From: an uncultured Verrucomicrobiota bacterium
GTDB lineage: Bacteria > Verrucomicrobiota > Verrucomicrobiia > Limisphaerales > UBA1096
Length of the DNA: 49,483 nucleotides
Reading direction: 5' to 3'
Assembly (NCBI GenBank): GCA_964459315.1
Contig: CAYWMH010000001.1
Location: forward strand, 1-49,483
A program made the translations under genes and the position numbers. The notes beneath the pieces were generated by a model. It saw nothing but the letters and a program-made list of their open reading frames with translations. It was not told the origin of the DNA and made no database searches. Shown in pieces: positions 36,102 through 46,565 of the stretch. Numbering within the stretch: the first letter of the stretch is position 1; the number at the start of each line of letters is the position of its first letter.

Positions 36102-37041
36102 GCGGCGGTCCTCCCGTTCGAGCGGCGCTGCCGGACCACGGCGCGCGCCGGGCGTTCCTCGAGGAAGCGGCGCAGCACCCGCTCGAGTGGCTCGGCAGTC
36201 GTCACGCGAAACCCGGGGACGCCCTGCGCACTGAACATCGCGTCGAGCGCGTCGTTGTGCGCGGTGATCTTCCGCCGGTACGCCTCGCGGGCCATACCGG
36301 GATCGAGGATGAGGTTTTGGCCGCTCTCCATGTCCTCGAAAATCGCGGCAGAATCGTAATCGAAATCAACCTCGCGCGGGTGCAGCACCTGCACGGCGCG
36401 GACATCGTGCCCAGCGGCGGTGAACAGGCTCAGGCAGCGCTCCAGTTCGTGGAGTGGCGAGAGGAAATCGGACACGAGCACGACCATCCCACGCTTGCCG
36501 ACCAGCGAGGCAAGTTTCTCCAGCGACTGGCACAGGTCGGTGGCGTTGCCGGCCGGCTGGGTCTCGAGCCGGCCAAGGATCGTCTTCAACTGGTCCTGGC
36601 GGTAGCGCGGCGGGATGAACTCTCGCACGTCACGGTCGAACGTCGCCAGGCCGACGGCGTCCCGCTGTTGCGTGAGGAACCACGCCAGCGACGCGGCGAA
36701 CGTGCGGGCATAGTCGCTTTTTTTCACGCCGGCGTCGTCGCCGCCAAACTCCATCGACCGCGAGAAATCGACCAGAAACGTGCACCGCAGATTAGTCTCG
36801 TCCTCGAATTTCTTGATGAACTCGCGGTCGGTTCGCGCCATCACCTTCCAGTCGAGGAAGCGGACGTCGTCGCCGGGCGAGTATTGGCGGTACTCGGTGA
36901 ACTCGGTGGAAAACCCGGTGCGCGGACTGCGGTGCAGCCCGCTCATGAAGCCCTCGACCACGGCACGCGCCCGGAGCGAAAGGCTCCTGATTTCCATCAG
37001 GGCCTTCGGGGCCAGGAAGCGGTGCGTTGTGGCGGGACGGC

Positions 37042-37045
<4 letters not shown>
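36098..37045 (-). CDS. DUF58 protein (vWA-like, MoxR partner)
   Basis: EFTEYRQYSPGDDVRFLDWKVMARTDREFIKKFEDET is the classic DUF58 motif. A GTG start overlaps the MoxR stop (GTGA). Confidence 0.85.
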
Positions 37046-38046
<1,001 letters not shown>

Positions 38047-38048
38047 AT

Positions 38049-38894
38049 CTAGTGTGTCATTGCGTAAAAAATGATGTTGATCCCCATAGGGTACGCCTTG
38101 GGCTCGGAGAATTCCTTGAAATACCATTCGCCGGCGCGGCTCTCCTCCTCCCATCCGTCGCCGAGGTCGGTGTTGTGGCAGATGACCGTCATCAGCCGGC
38201 CATGGTCGTCGTAAACCCCACGATAGTGTGGTTTCTCAGCGTCACGTCGCTCCCAGGTGATGCCATACGGTGCACCCTGCATCGCCGTGCGGGGATTTGG
38301 CACCTGCGGTTTCTCCTTCAGCGGGAACACGCACTGGAACACCTCGTGCCCAAGCGGCAGCTCGACGATCTCCCGCGACGGGAACACCCGCTTGAACTCC
38401 CGCTCAAAATTCCGCCACTCCGCCTCGCCCCAGAAGTCGTCAACCATCAGGAAGCCGCCGGTGAGTAGGTATTTGCGCAGCGCCTTGACCTCTTCGTCAC
38501 TGAGGGTCATTTCGCCCGGCTCGATGATGTAGATGAACGGATAGTGGGAGAGCTTGGCGTCCGTGAGGGTGAACACCTCGCCGTCGGGGTCGACCTTGAG
38601 CGCGGTGAGCTGCTGTAGCCGGAACGACATGTTGAGGTCGCTCTCGGGCCAGTCGATCGACCATTTACCGCGCCCGCGCCAGCCGCCGCCCCACGAGTCG
38701 TACTGGATTCGCGCGAAAGTAAACGTGTCGTGTGGCAGTTCCTCGTCACGCTCCCAGTCCTCGACCCCGCCGCGATCGACGCGATCACCGCGATGCCACC
38801 CACGCTGACTCCAAGCCGCAAGCGTGGCCACTGTCAGCGTGGCCAACACAAGGCCAAGGCTAAGTCGCCGGGCCGGTTGCCGGAACGGTCTCAT
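38049..38894 (-). CDS. DUF4159 protein
   Basis: FTFARIQYDSWGGGWRGRGKWSIDWPESD and YPFIYIIEPGEMTLSDEE...GGFLMVDDFWG match DUF4159. It has an N-terminal signal/TM. Confidence 0.8.
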   Translation of the reverse strand: MRPFRQPARRLSLGLVLATLTVATLAAWSQRGWHRGDRVDRGGVEDWERDEELPHDTFTFARIQYDSWGGGWRGRGKWSIDWPESDLNMSFRLQQLTALKVDPDGEVFTLTDAKLSHYPFIYIIEPGEMTLSDEEVKALRKYLLTGGFLMVDDFWGEAEWRNFEREFKRVFPSREIVELPLGHEVFQCVFPLKEKPQVPNPRTAMQGAPYGITWERRDAEKPHYRGVYDDHGRLMTVICHNTDLGDGWEEESRAGEWYFKEFSEPKAYPMGINIIFYAMTH

Positions 38895-41467
38895 TGCGCC
38901 TTCGCTTCCTCGGCGGGTGGCTTCGGCTTGGCCAAGCGGGTGAGCAGTTTCTGCGCAGCGCGAAACCGCGGGGCATCCTCGAGCGCCTGCAGCGCGTGGC
39001 GCTTGGCCTCGGCCGGGGCCGTGTCGGCGAGCGCGGTGGCCAGGCGGAAATGCAAATCCACCGGGTCGGCCGGATCGAGTAACAACAGCCGCTTGAGCGG
39101 ACGGACGGTCGCCGCCGTGTTGCCGGTCTGCTGCGCGCTCAATGCCATGTAACGGTGGCCGATGGGCGAGAGCGGGTTGGCCGAGAAGAACCGCTTGGCC
39201 AAGCGGTCGACCGCCTCCCAGTTTTCGCGCTTGGCGTAGATCTCCATCAACCGCCCGTACAGCTTGATCGCCGCGTCCTCAATGCCGGCCCATTGCTCGA
39301 GCACGGCCAACTCCGCCTCCGCCTGGCCCAGTTCGCGGTGGGCGCGGGCGAGCAGACCGTACGGTGAGCCGCCGCCGCGCTGCCTCGGGTGCAGCCGGAT
39401 CGACCGCTCGAGCAGCGGGATAGCCTCGAGGAATTTTTCCTCCTCGACCAGGTTGGCGCTAGTGGTGTTGAGCGCCCAGATGTTGTCCGGGTTGGCCTCG
39501 AGCCAGTCAACGATGGCGTTCTTGTCGAGCGGGTTGACCTCGAGCGGGGTTGGCTTGGCCAAGTCCGCCTCGGCGGCGAACGCCTTGGCCAAGCCGGTGG
39601 CGAACGCGGTGAACCCCTCCTCGAGCTTGGCCATCGGGGCTGCGTGCGTCTCGATGGCAATGTTGATGAACACGCCCTCCCCCAGGTCGCGCAAAATGTT
39701 GCTAATGCACGCCTCGCCGAAATGATCCACCAAATACTCGACCACGAGCGACGACTGGTAATAGGCAAACTGTATGTGCTCCGCGCTCTTCGGCACGAGG
39801 AACGCCATGCTAAGCCGCTCGACCGGCGTCATCTCGCCGTTGAGGATGAAGTCGCGGTACTCCGGCGTCATCTGCTCGCCCCACGAGCGGTGCCGCAGCC
39901 GCTCCTCGTAGACAGAGATACCCTCGCTGAACCAGCGCGGCATCCGGTTGCGCGTCTTTTGCAGCGTGATCACGTGGCAATACTCGTGCCACAACAGGGA
40001 CTGCCAGTTCTGCTGGAAGCCAACGAGCGACTTCGGGCTGTTGGCCGTGATCAGCTTGCCGAAGCAGACCCCCATGTAGCCGTCGCCGCCCGGGATGCCG
40101 AACGTCCGCACGGCGAAATCCTTTTTCTCCGGGAAAATCTCGACGATCACCGGGCCTTCGATTTGCGTGTCGTATTTTTTCGAGAACAGCCTGCGCGCCT
40201 CGGTCAGCAGCTCGATCGCCTCGTCGCCGTACAGCGCCGCCTCGTCGCGAGTCATCCGCAGCAGGAACCCGTTGCGCTCGATCGTCACGTATTTTTTCAG
40301 CGAGTCATGCAGCGTCAGCAGGTTGAATGTCGTTACGTCGTAGCCGTCCGCCTCGTGCGCTTCCGCGGCCAGCCGCCACCCCTCCTCATCCTCGCCCAGC
40401 CGCAGCAAATCCTGCGCAAGCTGCGTCTTGGCCGGGACGTAATCGTTGTCGAACTTGAGCGCCTGCCGCTGGTGTGCCGCGCCCTCGGCAAACAAATATT
40501 TCGACGACAGTTTTTTGCCGATCTCGTGGTCGACCAGCGGATTGGTCTTCCAATGTTTCAAGCCGTTGGCACGCGCCGCCTTGGCCTTGGCCGGCTCGTT
40601 GCGGACCGTGTGCAGCGCGGCCTGCAGCGCCCAACTCGCGGCGTGGTGCGGGTTGACCTTGAAGATCGCCTTGAGGATGCCGTTGGCCGCGTCGTACTGC
40701 TCGGCATCGGCCTGGTTGTGCGCCTGTAACAACAGCGACGGGACGTGGTCGGGATTGGCAAACATCGCCGTGTGTAGCGGCTCCTCCATTTGCGACGGGT
40801 CGCTCTCGGCATAAGCCTTGGCTAGGCCGTGCAGCAGATCGGCGTCCTCGGGGTAATAGCCGATCGCACGCGTGAACGTCCGCCCGGCCAATTTGAAGTC
40901 GCGCTTGGCCAAGGCCAGTTCGCCCACCGCCAGCAACGCCTCGCGGTTGTCGGGGTCGGACTGGAGCACGCGGTCGTACAGGTTCTCCTTCACCTGTTTC
41001 GGGTCGTACGTTTTCAACTTGAGCGCCGCGCGGCCTACGAAAACGATGGTGTTCTCGTCACTAATGGCGCGGCGACCATTGATGAACTGACGGATGACCT
41101 GCAGCATCTGGGTGGCCTGCGTGGCGTCGCCATTGGCCTCGTAGGCGAGGTGAAACAGCCATAGCGCCTCGGCGTTGGAGCGGTACCGGTAATCGTCAAG
41201 CAGATCCGTGGCGAAGCGCGCCGCCTCCGGGTACCGGCCGGTGGCCAGGCGCGCGCGCATCAGCAACAGCCGCCAGCCGCTGTCGTACTCCTTGGCGGCG
41301 ATCGCCTTTTCGCAAGACTCGATCGCCTTGGCGTACTCGCCGATGGCGTAAAACTGGCGGGCCTCCTTCAGCGTCTCTGCCCGCGCCTGGCTAAGCGCCA
41401 GACAGGCCAAGGCCAGCAGCGTGCAATACGGGAAAAAACGAGGAATCAAACCCACCACCCTCATCAT
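38891..41467 (-). CDS. Secreted TPR-repeat protein with an embedded peptidase-MA-like (HExxH) domain
   Basis: The ATG pair at 41467/41464 gives MMRVVGL...LALSQARA. HExxH lies in LLWHEYCHVITL...RWFSEGISVYEE. Multiple TPR-like helices flank it. ATGA overlap with the DUF4159 gene. Confidence 0.75.
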   Translation of the reverse strand: MMRVVGLIPRFFPYCTLLALACLALSQARAETLKEARQFYAIGEYAKAIESCEKAIAAKEYDSGWRLLLMRARLATGRYPEAARFATDLLDDYRYRSNAEALWLFHLAYEANGDATQATQMLQVIRQFINGRRAISDENTIVFVGRAALKLKTYDPKQVKENLYDRVLQSDPDNREALLAVGELALAKRDFKLAGRTFTRAIGYYPEDADLLHGLAKAYAESDPSQMEEPLHTAMFANPDHVPSLLLQAHNQADAEQYDAANGILKAIFKVNPHHAASWALQAALHTVRNEPAKAKAARANGLKHWKTNPLVDHEIGKKLSSKYLFAEGAAHQRQALKFDNDYVPAKTQLAQDLLRLGEDEEGWRLAAEAHEADGYDVTTFNLLTLHDSLKKYVTIERNGFLLRMTRDEAALYGDEAIELLTEARRLFSKKYDTQIEGPVIVEIFPEKKDFAVRTFGIPGGDGYMGVCFGKLITANSPKSLVGFQQNWQSLLWHEYCHVITLQKTRNRMPRWFSEGISVYEERLRHRSWGEQMTPEYRDFILNGEMTPVERLSMAFLVPKSAEHIQFAYYQSSLVVEYLVDHFGEACISNILRDLGEGVFINIAIETHAAPMAKLEEGFTAFATGLAKAFAAEADLAKPTPLEVNPLDKNAIVDWLEANPDNIWALNTTSANLVEEEKFLEAIPLLERSIRLHPRQRGGGSPYGLLARAHRELGQAEAELAVLEQWAGIEDAAIKLYGRLMEIYAKRENWEAVDRLAKRFFSANPLSPIGHRYMALSAQQTGNTAATVRPLKRLLLLDPADPVDLHFRLATALADTAPAEAKRHALQALEDAPRFRAAQKLLTRLAKPKPPAEEAKAQ

Positions 41468-41678
41468 ACCGTCCAACCGCACATTAAGTTACTGTCGCTC
41501 TCGAAAAAACGAGTCATCGGTTGCGGACACCGTCCGATTGTGGCCCTGTTTCTACAAGACAAATCGCCAGCCAGGCGGTGCGTCGCGGCCAGGCGTTGGC
41601 ACGGTTTCCCGTGAAAAGCCGTGCCAGCGGGTGCCAACCGGGGTTTCCTCCAAAAAAACTTGCCTCAACGGCGGCCCA

Positions 41679-41695
41679 GCGCGGACAGTCCGCGC
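41679..41695 (+). promoter_or_regulatory. 7-bp-stem hairpin abutting the start codon of the dUTPase-like gene
   Basis: GCGCGGA-CAG-TCCGCGC ends 1 nt before ATG 41696. A second inverted repeat, GGCACGG/CCGTGCC, lies at 41598..41625 in the same divergent intergenic region. Confidence 0.35.
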
Positions 41696-42076
41696 ATGGA
41701 TCAGCCGGATCAACTGCGGGAACTGTTTCGGATGCAAAAGGCGCTCAATGAGCGGATCGGGGTGCAGACCGACGGGATGAGCGACGAGCAGAAAACCGAG
41801 TGGGTGCTCAACTACTGCCGCGCCATGGGGCAGGAGATCGCCGAGTTGACCGACAGCGTGCCGTGGAAATGGTGGGCCAAGTACCAACAACTCGACGAGC
41901 AGAACGCCCGCGTAGAGGTCGTCGACCTGTTCCACTTCCTCATCAGCCTCGCACAGACCCTCGGCATGAGCGCGGACGACGTGTTCGCCGCCTACGTGAA
42001 AAAGAACGAGGTCAACTTCCAGCGGCAGGACAGCGGCTATACCGAGAAAAACGAGGACGACTCACGCCACATCTGA
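41696..42076 (+). CDS. All-alpha NTP pyrophosphohydrolase (dimeric dUTPase / MazG-like)
   Basis: The ATG at 41696 gives MDQPDQLRELFRMQKALNERI ... EIAELTDSVPWKWW ... VEVVDLFHFLISLA, which resembles the dimeric dUTPase family. Motif-level only. Confidence 0.55.
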   Translation: MDQPDQLRELFRMQKALNERIGVQTDGMSDEQKTEWVLNYCRAMGQEIAELTDSVPWKWWAKYQQLDEQNARVEVVDLFHFLISLAQTLGMSADDVFAAYVKKNEVNFQRQDSGYTEKNEDDSRHI

Positions 42077-42085
42077 ACACCGCCC

Positions 42086-42637
42086 ATGAGCGATCCCAGC
42101 GCAGACATCGCCCGGGTGCTGGTTTCCGAGGAGGAAATCCGGCGGCGCGTCAGCGAACTGGCGGCAGAGGTGGAGGCCGACTTTGCCGGGCGCGACCTCG
42201 TCGTGGTCGGGCTGCTCACCGGTACGCTGATGTTCCTCGCCGACCTCGTGCGCGAAATCGACCTGCCACTGCGGCTCGACTTCATGGGCGTCTCCAGCTA
42301 CGGCAACGGCACTGAGTCACGCGAACTGGTGTTCACGAAGGAACTGAAGCTCGACGTGGCCAACCGGGACGTACTGCTCGTCGACGACATCCTCGACACC
42401 GGCAAAACCCTCCGCGCCGTCATCGACAAACTCAACGGCATGGCCCCGCGCCAAATCCGCACCTGCGTCCTGCTCTCCAAGAAGGCCCGGCGCGAATACG
42501 ACATCCCCGCCGATTACGTCGGCTTCGAGATTCCCGACGAGTTCGTCGTCGGCTACGGCCTCGATTACGCAGAGAAATACCGCAACTTGCCAAGCATCGG
42601 TGTGCTTAAGGAGTTGGCAGTGAGCGGTGAGCAGTAA
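42086..42637 (+). CDS. hpt: Hypoxanthine(-guanine) phosphoribosyltransferase
   Basis: VVVGLLTGTLMFLADL, FMGVSSYG and the PRPP loop VLLVDDILDTGKTL. Confidence 0.9.
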   Translation: MSDPSADIARVLVSEEEIRRRVSELAAEVEADFAGRDLVVVGLLTGTLMFLADLVREIDLPLRLDFMGVSSYGNGTESRELVFTKELKLDVANRDVLLVDDILDTGKTLRAVIDKLNGMAPRQIRTCVLLSKKARREYDIPADYVGFEIPDEFVVGYGLDYAEKYRNLPSIGVLKELAVSGEQ

Positions 42638-42641
42638 ACAG

Positions 42642-42887
42642 ATGCTTATCAACGTAACATTCTGGTCGTACTTCCGGGATCACGCCGGTTGCTCGGAAAC
42701 GGTAGTCGAACTCGAAACCGGAGCCACCTTGGCCAAGTTACACGAGCTCGTTTGCCAGCAATTCCCCTCGGTGGCGGATGCCCGCTACAGCACGCTCAAG
42801 GCCGTCGGGCTGGAATACGAGAGTGACGATTTCGTCCTGAGCGACAGGGATGAGGTGTCTTTTTTCCCGCCGGTACAGGGCGGCTAA
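42642..42887 (+). CDS. moaD: MoaD/ThiS-family sulfur carrier (molybdopterin synthase small subunit)
   Basis: 81 aa from ATG 42642, with a C-terminal ..PPVQGG. It sits directly upstream of moaE. The GTG at 42627 would overlap hpt. Confidence 0.75.
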   Translation: MLINVTFWSYFRDHAGCSETVVELETGATLAKLHELVCQQFPSVADARYSTLKAVGLEYESDDFVLSDRDEVSFFPPVQGG

Positions 42888-42890
42888 GCG

Positions 42891-43283
42891 ATGAATACAG
42901 AGCTGACCATTACGACCGACCCGATCGACGAGCCGGCCTTGGCCAAGCGCCGCGCGATGAGCCACGGCATGGGGGCAGTCGTTCGTTTTCTCGGCGTGGT
43001 GCGGGGGAGCGAGGGCGACAAGACGATCACCGCGATCGAGTACGAGGCGTTCGAGCCGATGGCGCGTCACCAGTTCGGGTTGTTGTTCGACGCGCTTGGC
43101 CAACGATGGCCGGTGGAGTCGGTGCGCTTGGTCCACCGGGTCGGCGTCGTGCCGGTGAATGAGCCATCTCTCTGGGTGGAAGTGGTCGCACCGCACCGCG
43201 CGGAGGCGTTCGACGCCTGCCAATTCCTCATCGATGGCATGAAGCAAAAAGTCCCGATCTGGAAAAAACCGCTCCCGGTTTAG
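42891..43283 (+). CDS. moaE: Molybdopterin synthase catalytic subunit
   Basis: GAVVRFLGVVRG, ITAIEYEAFEPMA and KQKVPIWKKP. Confidence 0.9.
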   Translation: MNTELTITTDPIDEPALAKRRAMSHGMGAVVRFLGVVRGSEGDKTITAIEYEAFEPMARHQFGLLFDALGQRWPVESVRLVHRVGVVPVNEPSLWVEVVAPHRAEAFDACQFLIDGMKQKVPIWKKPLPV

Positions 43284-44614
43284 CCAAGCGACTCGCGGGC
43301 GTAGGCGAGGGCCTGTTCGCGGTTGGTGAGTTCGCCGGCGAGTTGGCGGTGGCGGATGTCATCGAGCAACTTCCCCAAGTCCGGCCCCGGCGCTTGGCCA
43401 AGCGCGATCAGGGCGGCGCCGTCGACGAGCGGTTGCTGCATTTCCGGCTGGTTTTGAAACTCGGCAAACTTATCCCGCAGGAACTCGTAGTTCTCCAGTT
43501 GGCCGCTTGAGGCGAGGCTGTCAAGCCGGTGCAGTGCCAACTCTTCCGGGAAGGTCGCGCGGAGGAACAGCTTGCGCAAAGTGGCCGGCCGCATCTTTTG
43601 CGCCTCCTTCAATTGCATATGGTGGCGCACGCAGGTTTTCACCGCAGCGCTGTCGACCTTTGGAAAGCGGAGGCGGTTCATGATTTCGAGCGTCATCTCC
43701 GCGCCAACGGTTTCGTGGCCCAGAAACCGGATGCGCCCGTCGTCGTGGGTCTGCGTCACCGGCTTGGCGACGTCGTGCAGCAGGACCGCCCAGGTCAGCG
43801 TCATGTCGGCGCCGGCCGGCAGGTGGCTGAGCATGAGGCGAATGTGGGTGAACACGTCGCCCTCGGGATGGTGCTCGGGCGGCTGTTCGCAGCCGAGGGT
43901 GGCGGCCAATTCCGGCAGCAACTCCGGCAGCAACCGGCTGTCGTTCAGTAGGTCGAGTCCGCGCGCGGCGTGCGGCGGCTGGAACAGTTTTAGCAGCTCC
44001 TCGCGGATGCGCTCGGCGCTCACCTCACGGATCGCGGTGGCATGCTCCCGCACGGCGGCGAATGTCTCCGGCTCGACGTCGAAGCCGAGCTGAGCTGCGA
44101 ATCGCACGGCGCGCAGCAGGCGCAGCCGATCCTCTCCGAAGCGCTGCGACGGGTCACCGATCGTGCGGATGCGCCGGGCCTCGAGGTCGGCCTGACCACC
44201 AACCCAGTCGTGCAGTTCGCCGGCGAGCGGATCGTAAAACAGGCCGTTGAGGGTGAAGTCGCGCCGCTCGGCATCCTCGCGCGCATCGGTGAAACGCACG
44301 CGGTCGGGCCGCCGACCATCGGCGTACCCGCCCTCGGCCCGGAAGGTGGCCATCTGGTACTCGTGCCCGCCGTCGAGCACGATGATCACGCCAAACTGTT
44401 TGCCCACCGGGATGGTCTTGGGGAACAACGACTCGATCTCGTCCGGCTTGGCGTCGGTGGCGATATCGTAGTCAACCGGCGCTTGGCCAAGCTGGGCGTC
44501 GCGCACGCAGCCGCCGACCCAAAACGCCTGGAACCCGGCCCCGGCTAGGCGCTTGGCCAAGCGAAGCGCGCCGGCCTTGAGGCTGTCGATTGGCGTGCTG
44601 GCGGTGTTGGGCAT
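43280..44614 (-). CDS. cca: CCA-adding tRNA nucleotidyltransferase with HD domain
   Basis: ATG 44614. FWVGGCVRDAQLG, DYDIATDA and HD motif LLHDVAKP. Its stop overlaps the moaE stop convergently (TTAG at 43280..43283). Confidence 0.85.
   Translation of the reverse strand: MPNTASTPIDSLKAGALRLAKRLAGAGFQAFWVGGCVRDAQLGQAPVDYDIATDAKPDEIESLFPKTIPVGKQFGVIIVLDGGHEYQMATFRAEGGYADGRRPDRVRFTDAREDAERRDFTLNGLFYDPLAGELHDWVGGQADLEARRIRTIGDPSQRFGEDRLRLLRAVRFAAQLGFDVEPETFAAVREHATAIREVSAERIREELLKLFQPPHAARGLDLLNDSRLLPELLPELAATLGCEQPPEHHPEGDVFTHIRLMLSHLPAGADMTLTWAVLLHDVAKPVTQTHDDGRIRFLGHETVGAEMTLEIMNRLRFPKVDSAAVKTCVRHHMQLKEAQKMRPATLRKLFLRATFPEELALHRLDSLASSGQLENYEFLRDKFAEFQNQPEMQQPLVDGAALIALGQAPGPDLGKLLDDIRHRQLAGELTNREQALAYARESLG
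43390..43405. repeat. Perfect 16-bp copy of GCGCTTGGCCAAGCGC
   Basis: Read directly. It lies inside the cca CDS (..LIALGQAPGP..). Confidence 0.95.
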
Positions 44615-44786
44615 GGCGGGGCGGCTCGGGCCGTTGAGCCGGTTTTCCCTCGAAAACCAGCCGTAATCAAGCCGCGGAACGCACCCGCGGCAGAGTCGGC
44701 GGCTTGTTTGGCTAATTGCCTTTTCGGAGTTTGGGGCCTCGACTACCCTCCCGCGCGTGCTGGAACAGCGCAAGACAGGCGAAAAA

Positions 44787-46535
44787 ATGCTGCGCGGCAT
44801 CCCCGCATCGCAGGGGGTGAGCCGCAGCCGTGTGGTGGTGCTTGACCGCACGCGGATCAACCCGGCCAAGTGGGGCATCGTCGAGGCTGACCGGGCCAAG
44901 GAGGAGGAGCGGCTCAAGGCATCGCTGGCGGATACACGGAGCCAGATCGTTGCCATGCAGGACCGACTGCGCGAGGCGATGGGCGCCAAGGAGGCGTTGA
45001 TCTTCGACTCGCACCTGCTCGTGCTGGAAGACCCGATGCTGCTCGAGGAAGTGTCGCGCTTCATCCGTGAGGATTTGGTCTCGGCCGAGTACGCCTTTTA
45101 CTCGGCGTCGGAAAAATATGCCAACGCCCTGGCCAACGTGGAGGACGCCTACCTGAGCGAGCGCGCCGCCGACCTCCGCGACGTGACGCAGCGCGTGCTG
45201 GCCAACCTCATGGGCCGGCCGACCTGCGCCGGGCTCGCCGACCTGGCCGAGCCGTGTATCGTGGTGGCCCACGACCTGACGCCCTCCGACACGGCGATGA
45301 TGGACTCGGCAAAGGTACTGGGATTCGTCACCGAGGTCGGCAGCCGCACATCGCACACCGCCATCCTAGCGCGGTCGCTGCGCATCCCAGCGGTGCTCGG
45401 GCTGGGCGGAACGATCGGTGAACTGAAGAGCGGCCAATCGGTGCTGATCGACGGCTTCAACGGCTTTGTCGTCATCGAGCCCTCAGACCAGACGCTCTTT
45501 GAATACGGCCAACTGGTCGATCGACAAGCCTCGATCGAAGAGAGCCTCGAGGTCATCCACGACGACGCGGCGGAAACGAAGGACGGCCACCGGATCATTC
45601 TCACCGCCAACATCGAGTTGGCGACCGACGTCGAGGGTGTCCTGCAAAGCGGCGCGACCGGCGTCGGCCTGTTCCGAACGGAGTTCCTGTTCATCAACCG
45701 CAGCGACCTGCCGGACGAGAAGGAACAGTTCGCCGCCTACCGCCGGGTGGCTGAGTCGCTTGCGCCGGACCCGGTGATCATCCGCACGCTCGACCTCGGC
45801 GGCGACAAACTGCTCTCCCACGTTAACTTGGCCGAGGAGATGAACCCGTTCCTCGGCTGGCGCGCCATCCGGCTCTGCCTCGAGGAAAAGGACCTGTTCC
45901 GTACGCAGCTCCGCGCCATCCTGCGAGCCAGCGTCTATGGCGACCTGAAAATCATGTACCCGATGGTCTCCGGCGTGGAGGAACTCGAAGCCGCCAATGT
46001 GCTGCTCGACGAATGCCGGGCCCAACTCCGCGCCGAAGGCACGGCCTTTGCCGACGCCATCGAGATCGGGGTGATGATCGAGACGCCGTCCGCGGCGATG
46101 ATCGCCGACAGCCTGGCCAAGCGCGTGCAGTTTTTCAGCATCGGCACCAACGACCTCATCCAGTACACGCTGGCCGTCGACCGGTTGAACGAAAAGATCG
46201 CCCACCTTTACGAGCCGACGCATCCCGGCATCCTGCGCCTGATCAAGGCCACGGTGGACGCCGGCCAGGCGCACGGCATCTGGACTGGCGTTTGTGGCGA
46301 GATGGCCAGCGACCTGGCCGTCGTGCCGCTGCTGCTCGGGCTGGGCGTGGCCGAGTTGAGCGTCACGCCGTCGATGGTCCCGCGTGTCAAGATGCTCATC
46401 CGCAGCATCGAGATGGCGCTGGCGCAGGAGCTGGCGGCGTTTGCGCTCGACAGCGATTCGCCGAAGGAAATCCTCACCCGTGCCGAGGCTTTGGCCAAGT
46501 CGGCCGTGCCGGATTTTTTCGAGGGCTCGGTGTAA
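44787..46535 (+). CDS. ptsI: Phosphoenolpyruvate-protein phosphotransferase (PTS enzyme I)
   Basis: I prefer ATG 44787 (MLRGIPASQG) to GTG 44757. Phospho-His motif GSRTSHTAILARSLRIPAV; FFSIGTNDLIQYTLAVDR. Confidence 0.95.
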   Translation: MLRGIPASQGVSRSRVVVLDRTRINPAKWGIVEADRAKEEERLKASLADTRSQIVAMQDRLREAMGAKEALIFDSHLLVLEDPMLLEEVSRFIREDLVSAEYAFYSASEKYANALANVEDAYLSERAADLRDVTQRVLANLMGRPTCAGLADLAEPCIVVAHDLTPSDTAMMDSAKVLGFVTEVGSRTSHTAILARSLRIPAVLGLGGTIGELKSGQSVLIDGFNGFVVIEPSDQTLFEYGQLVDRQASIEESLEVIHDDAAETKDGHRIILTANIELATDVEGVLQSGATGVGLFRTEFLFINRSDLPDEKEQFAAYRRVAESLAPDPVIIRTLDLGGDKLLSHVNLAEEMNPFLGWRAIRLCLEEKDLFRTQLRAILRASVYGDLKIMYPMVSGVEELEAANVLLDECRAQLRAEGTAFADAIEIGVMIETPSAAMIADSLAKRVQFFSIGTNDLIQYTLAVDRLNEKIAHLYEPTHPGILRLIKATVDAGQAHGIWTGVCGEMASDLAVVPLLLGLGVAELSVTPSMVPRVKMLIRSIEMALAQELAAFALDSDSPKEILTRAEALAKSAVPDFFEGSV

Positions 46536-46548
46536 CGCCGACGCGACG

Positions 46549-46564
46549 GCGCTTGGCCAAGCGC
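46549..46564. repeat. Perfect 16-bp copy of GCGCTTGGCCAAGCGC in a 30-nt convergent intergenic gap
   Basis: Read directly. It lies 13 nt after the ptsI stop and 1 nt before the stop codon (46566..46568) of the minus-strand gene. Confidence 0.95.
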
Positions 46565-46565
46565 G

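Noticed and set aside
44615-45064. A 150-aa N-terminal extension of the cca ORF (track ORF 43280..45064).
   Set aside because: The extension is Ser/Arg-rich, overlaps the ptsI start region on the opposite strand, and precedes a good internal ATG (44614) that gives a normal-length CCA enzyme.
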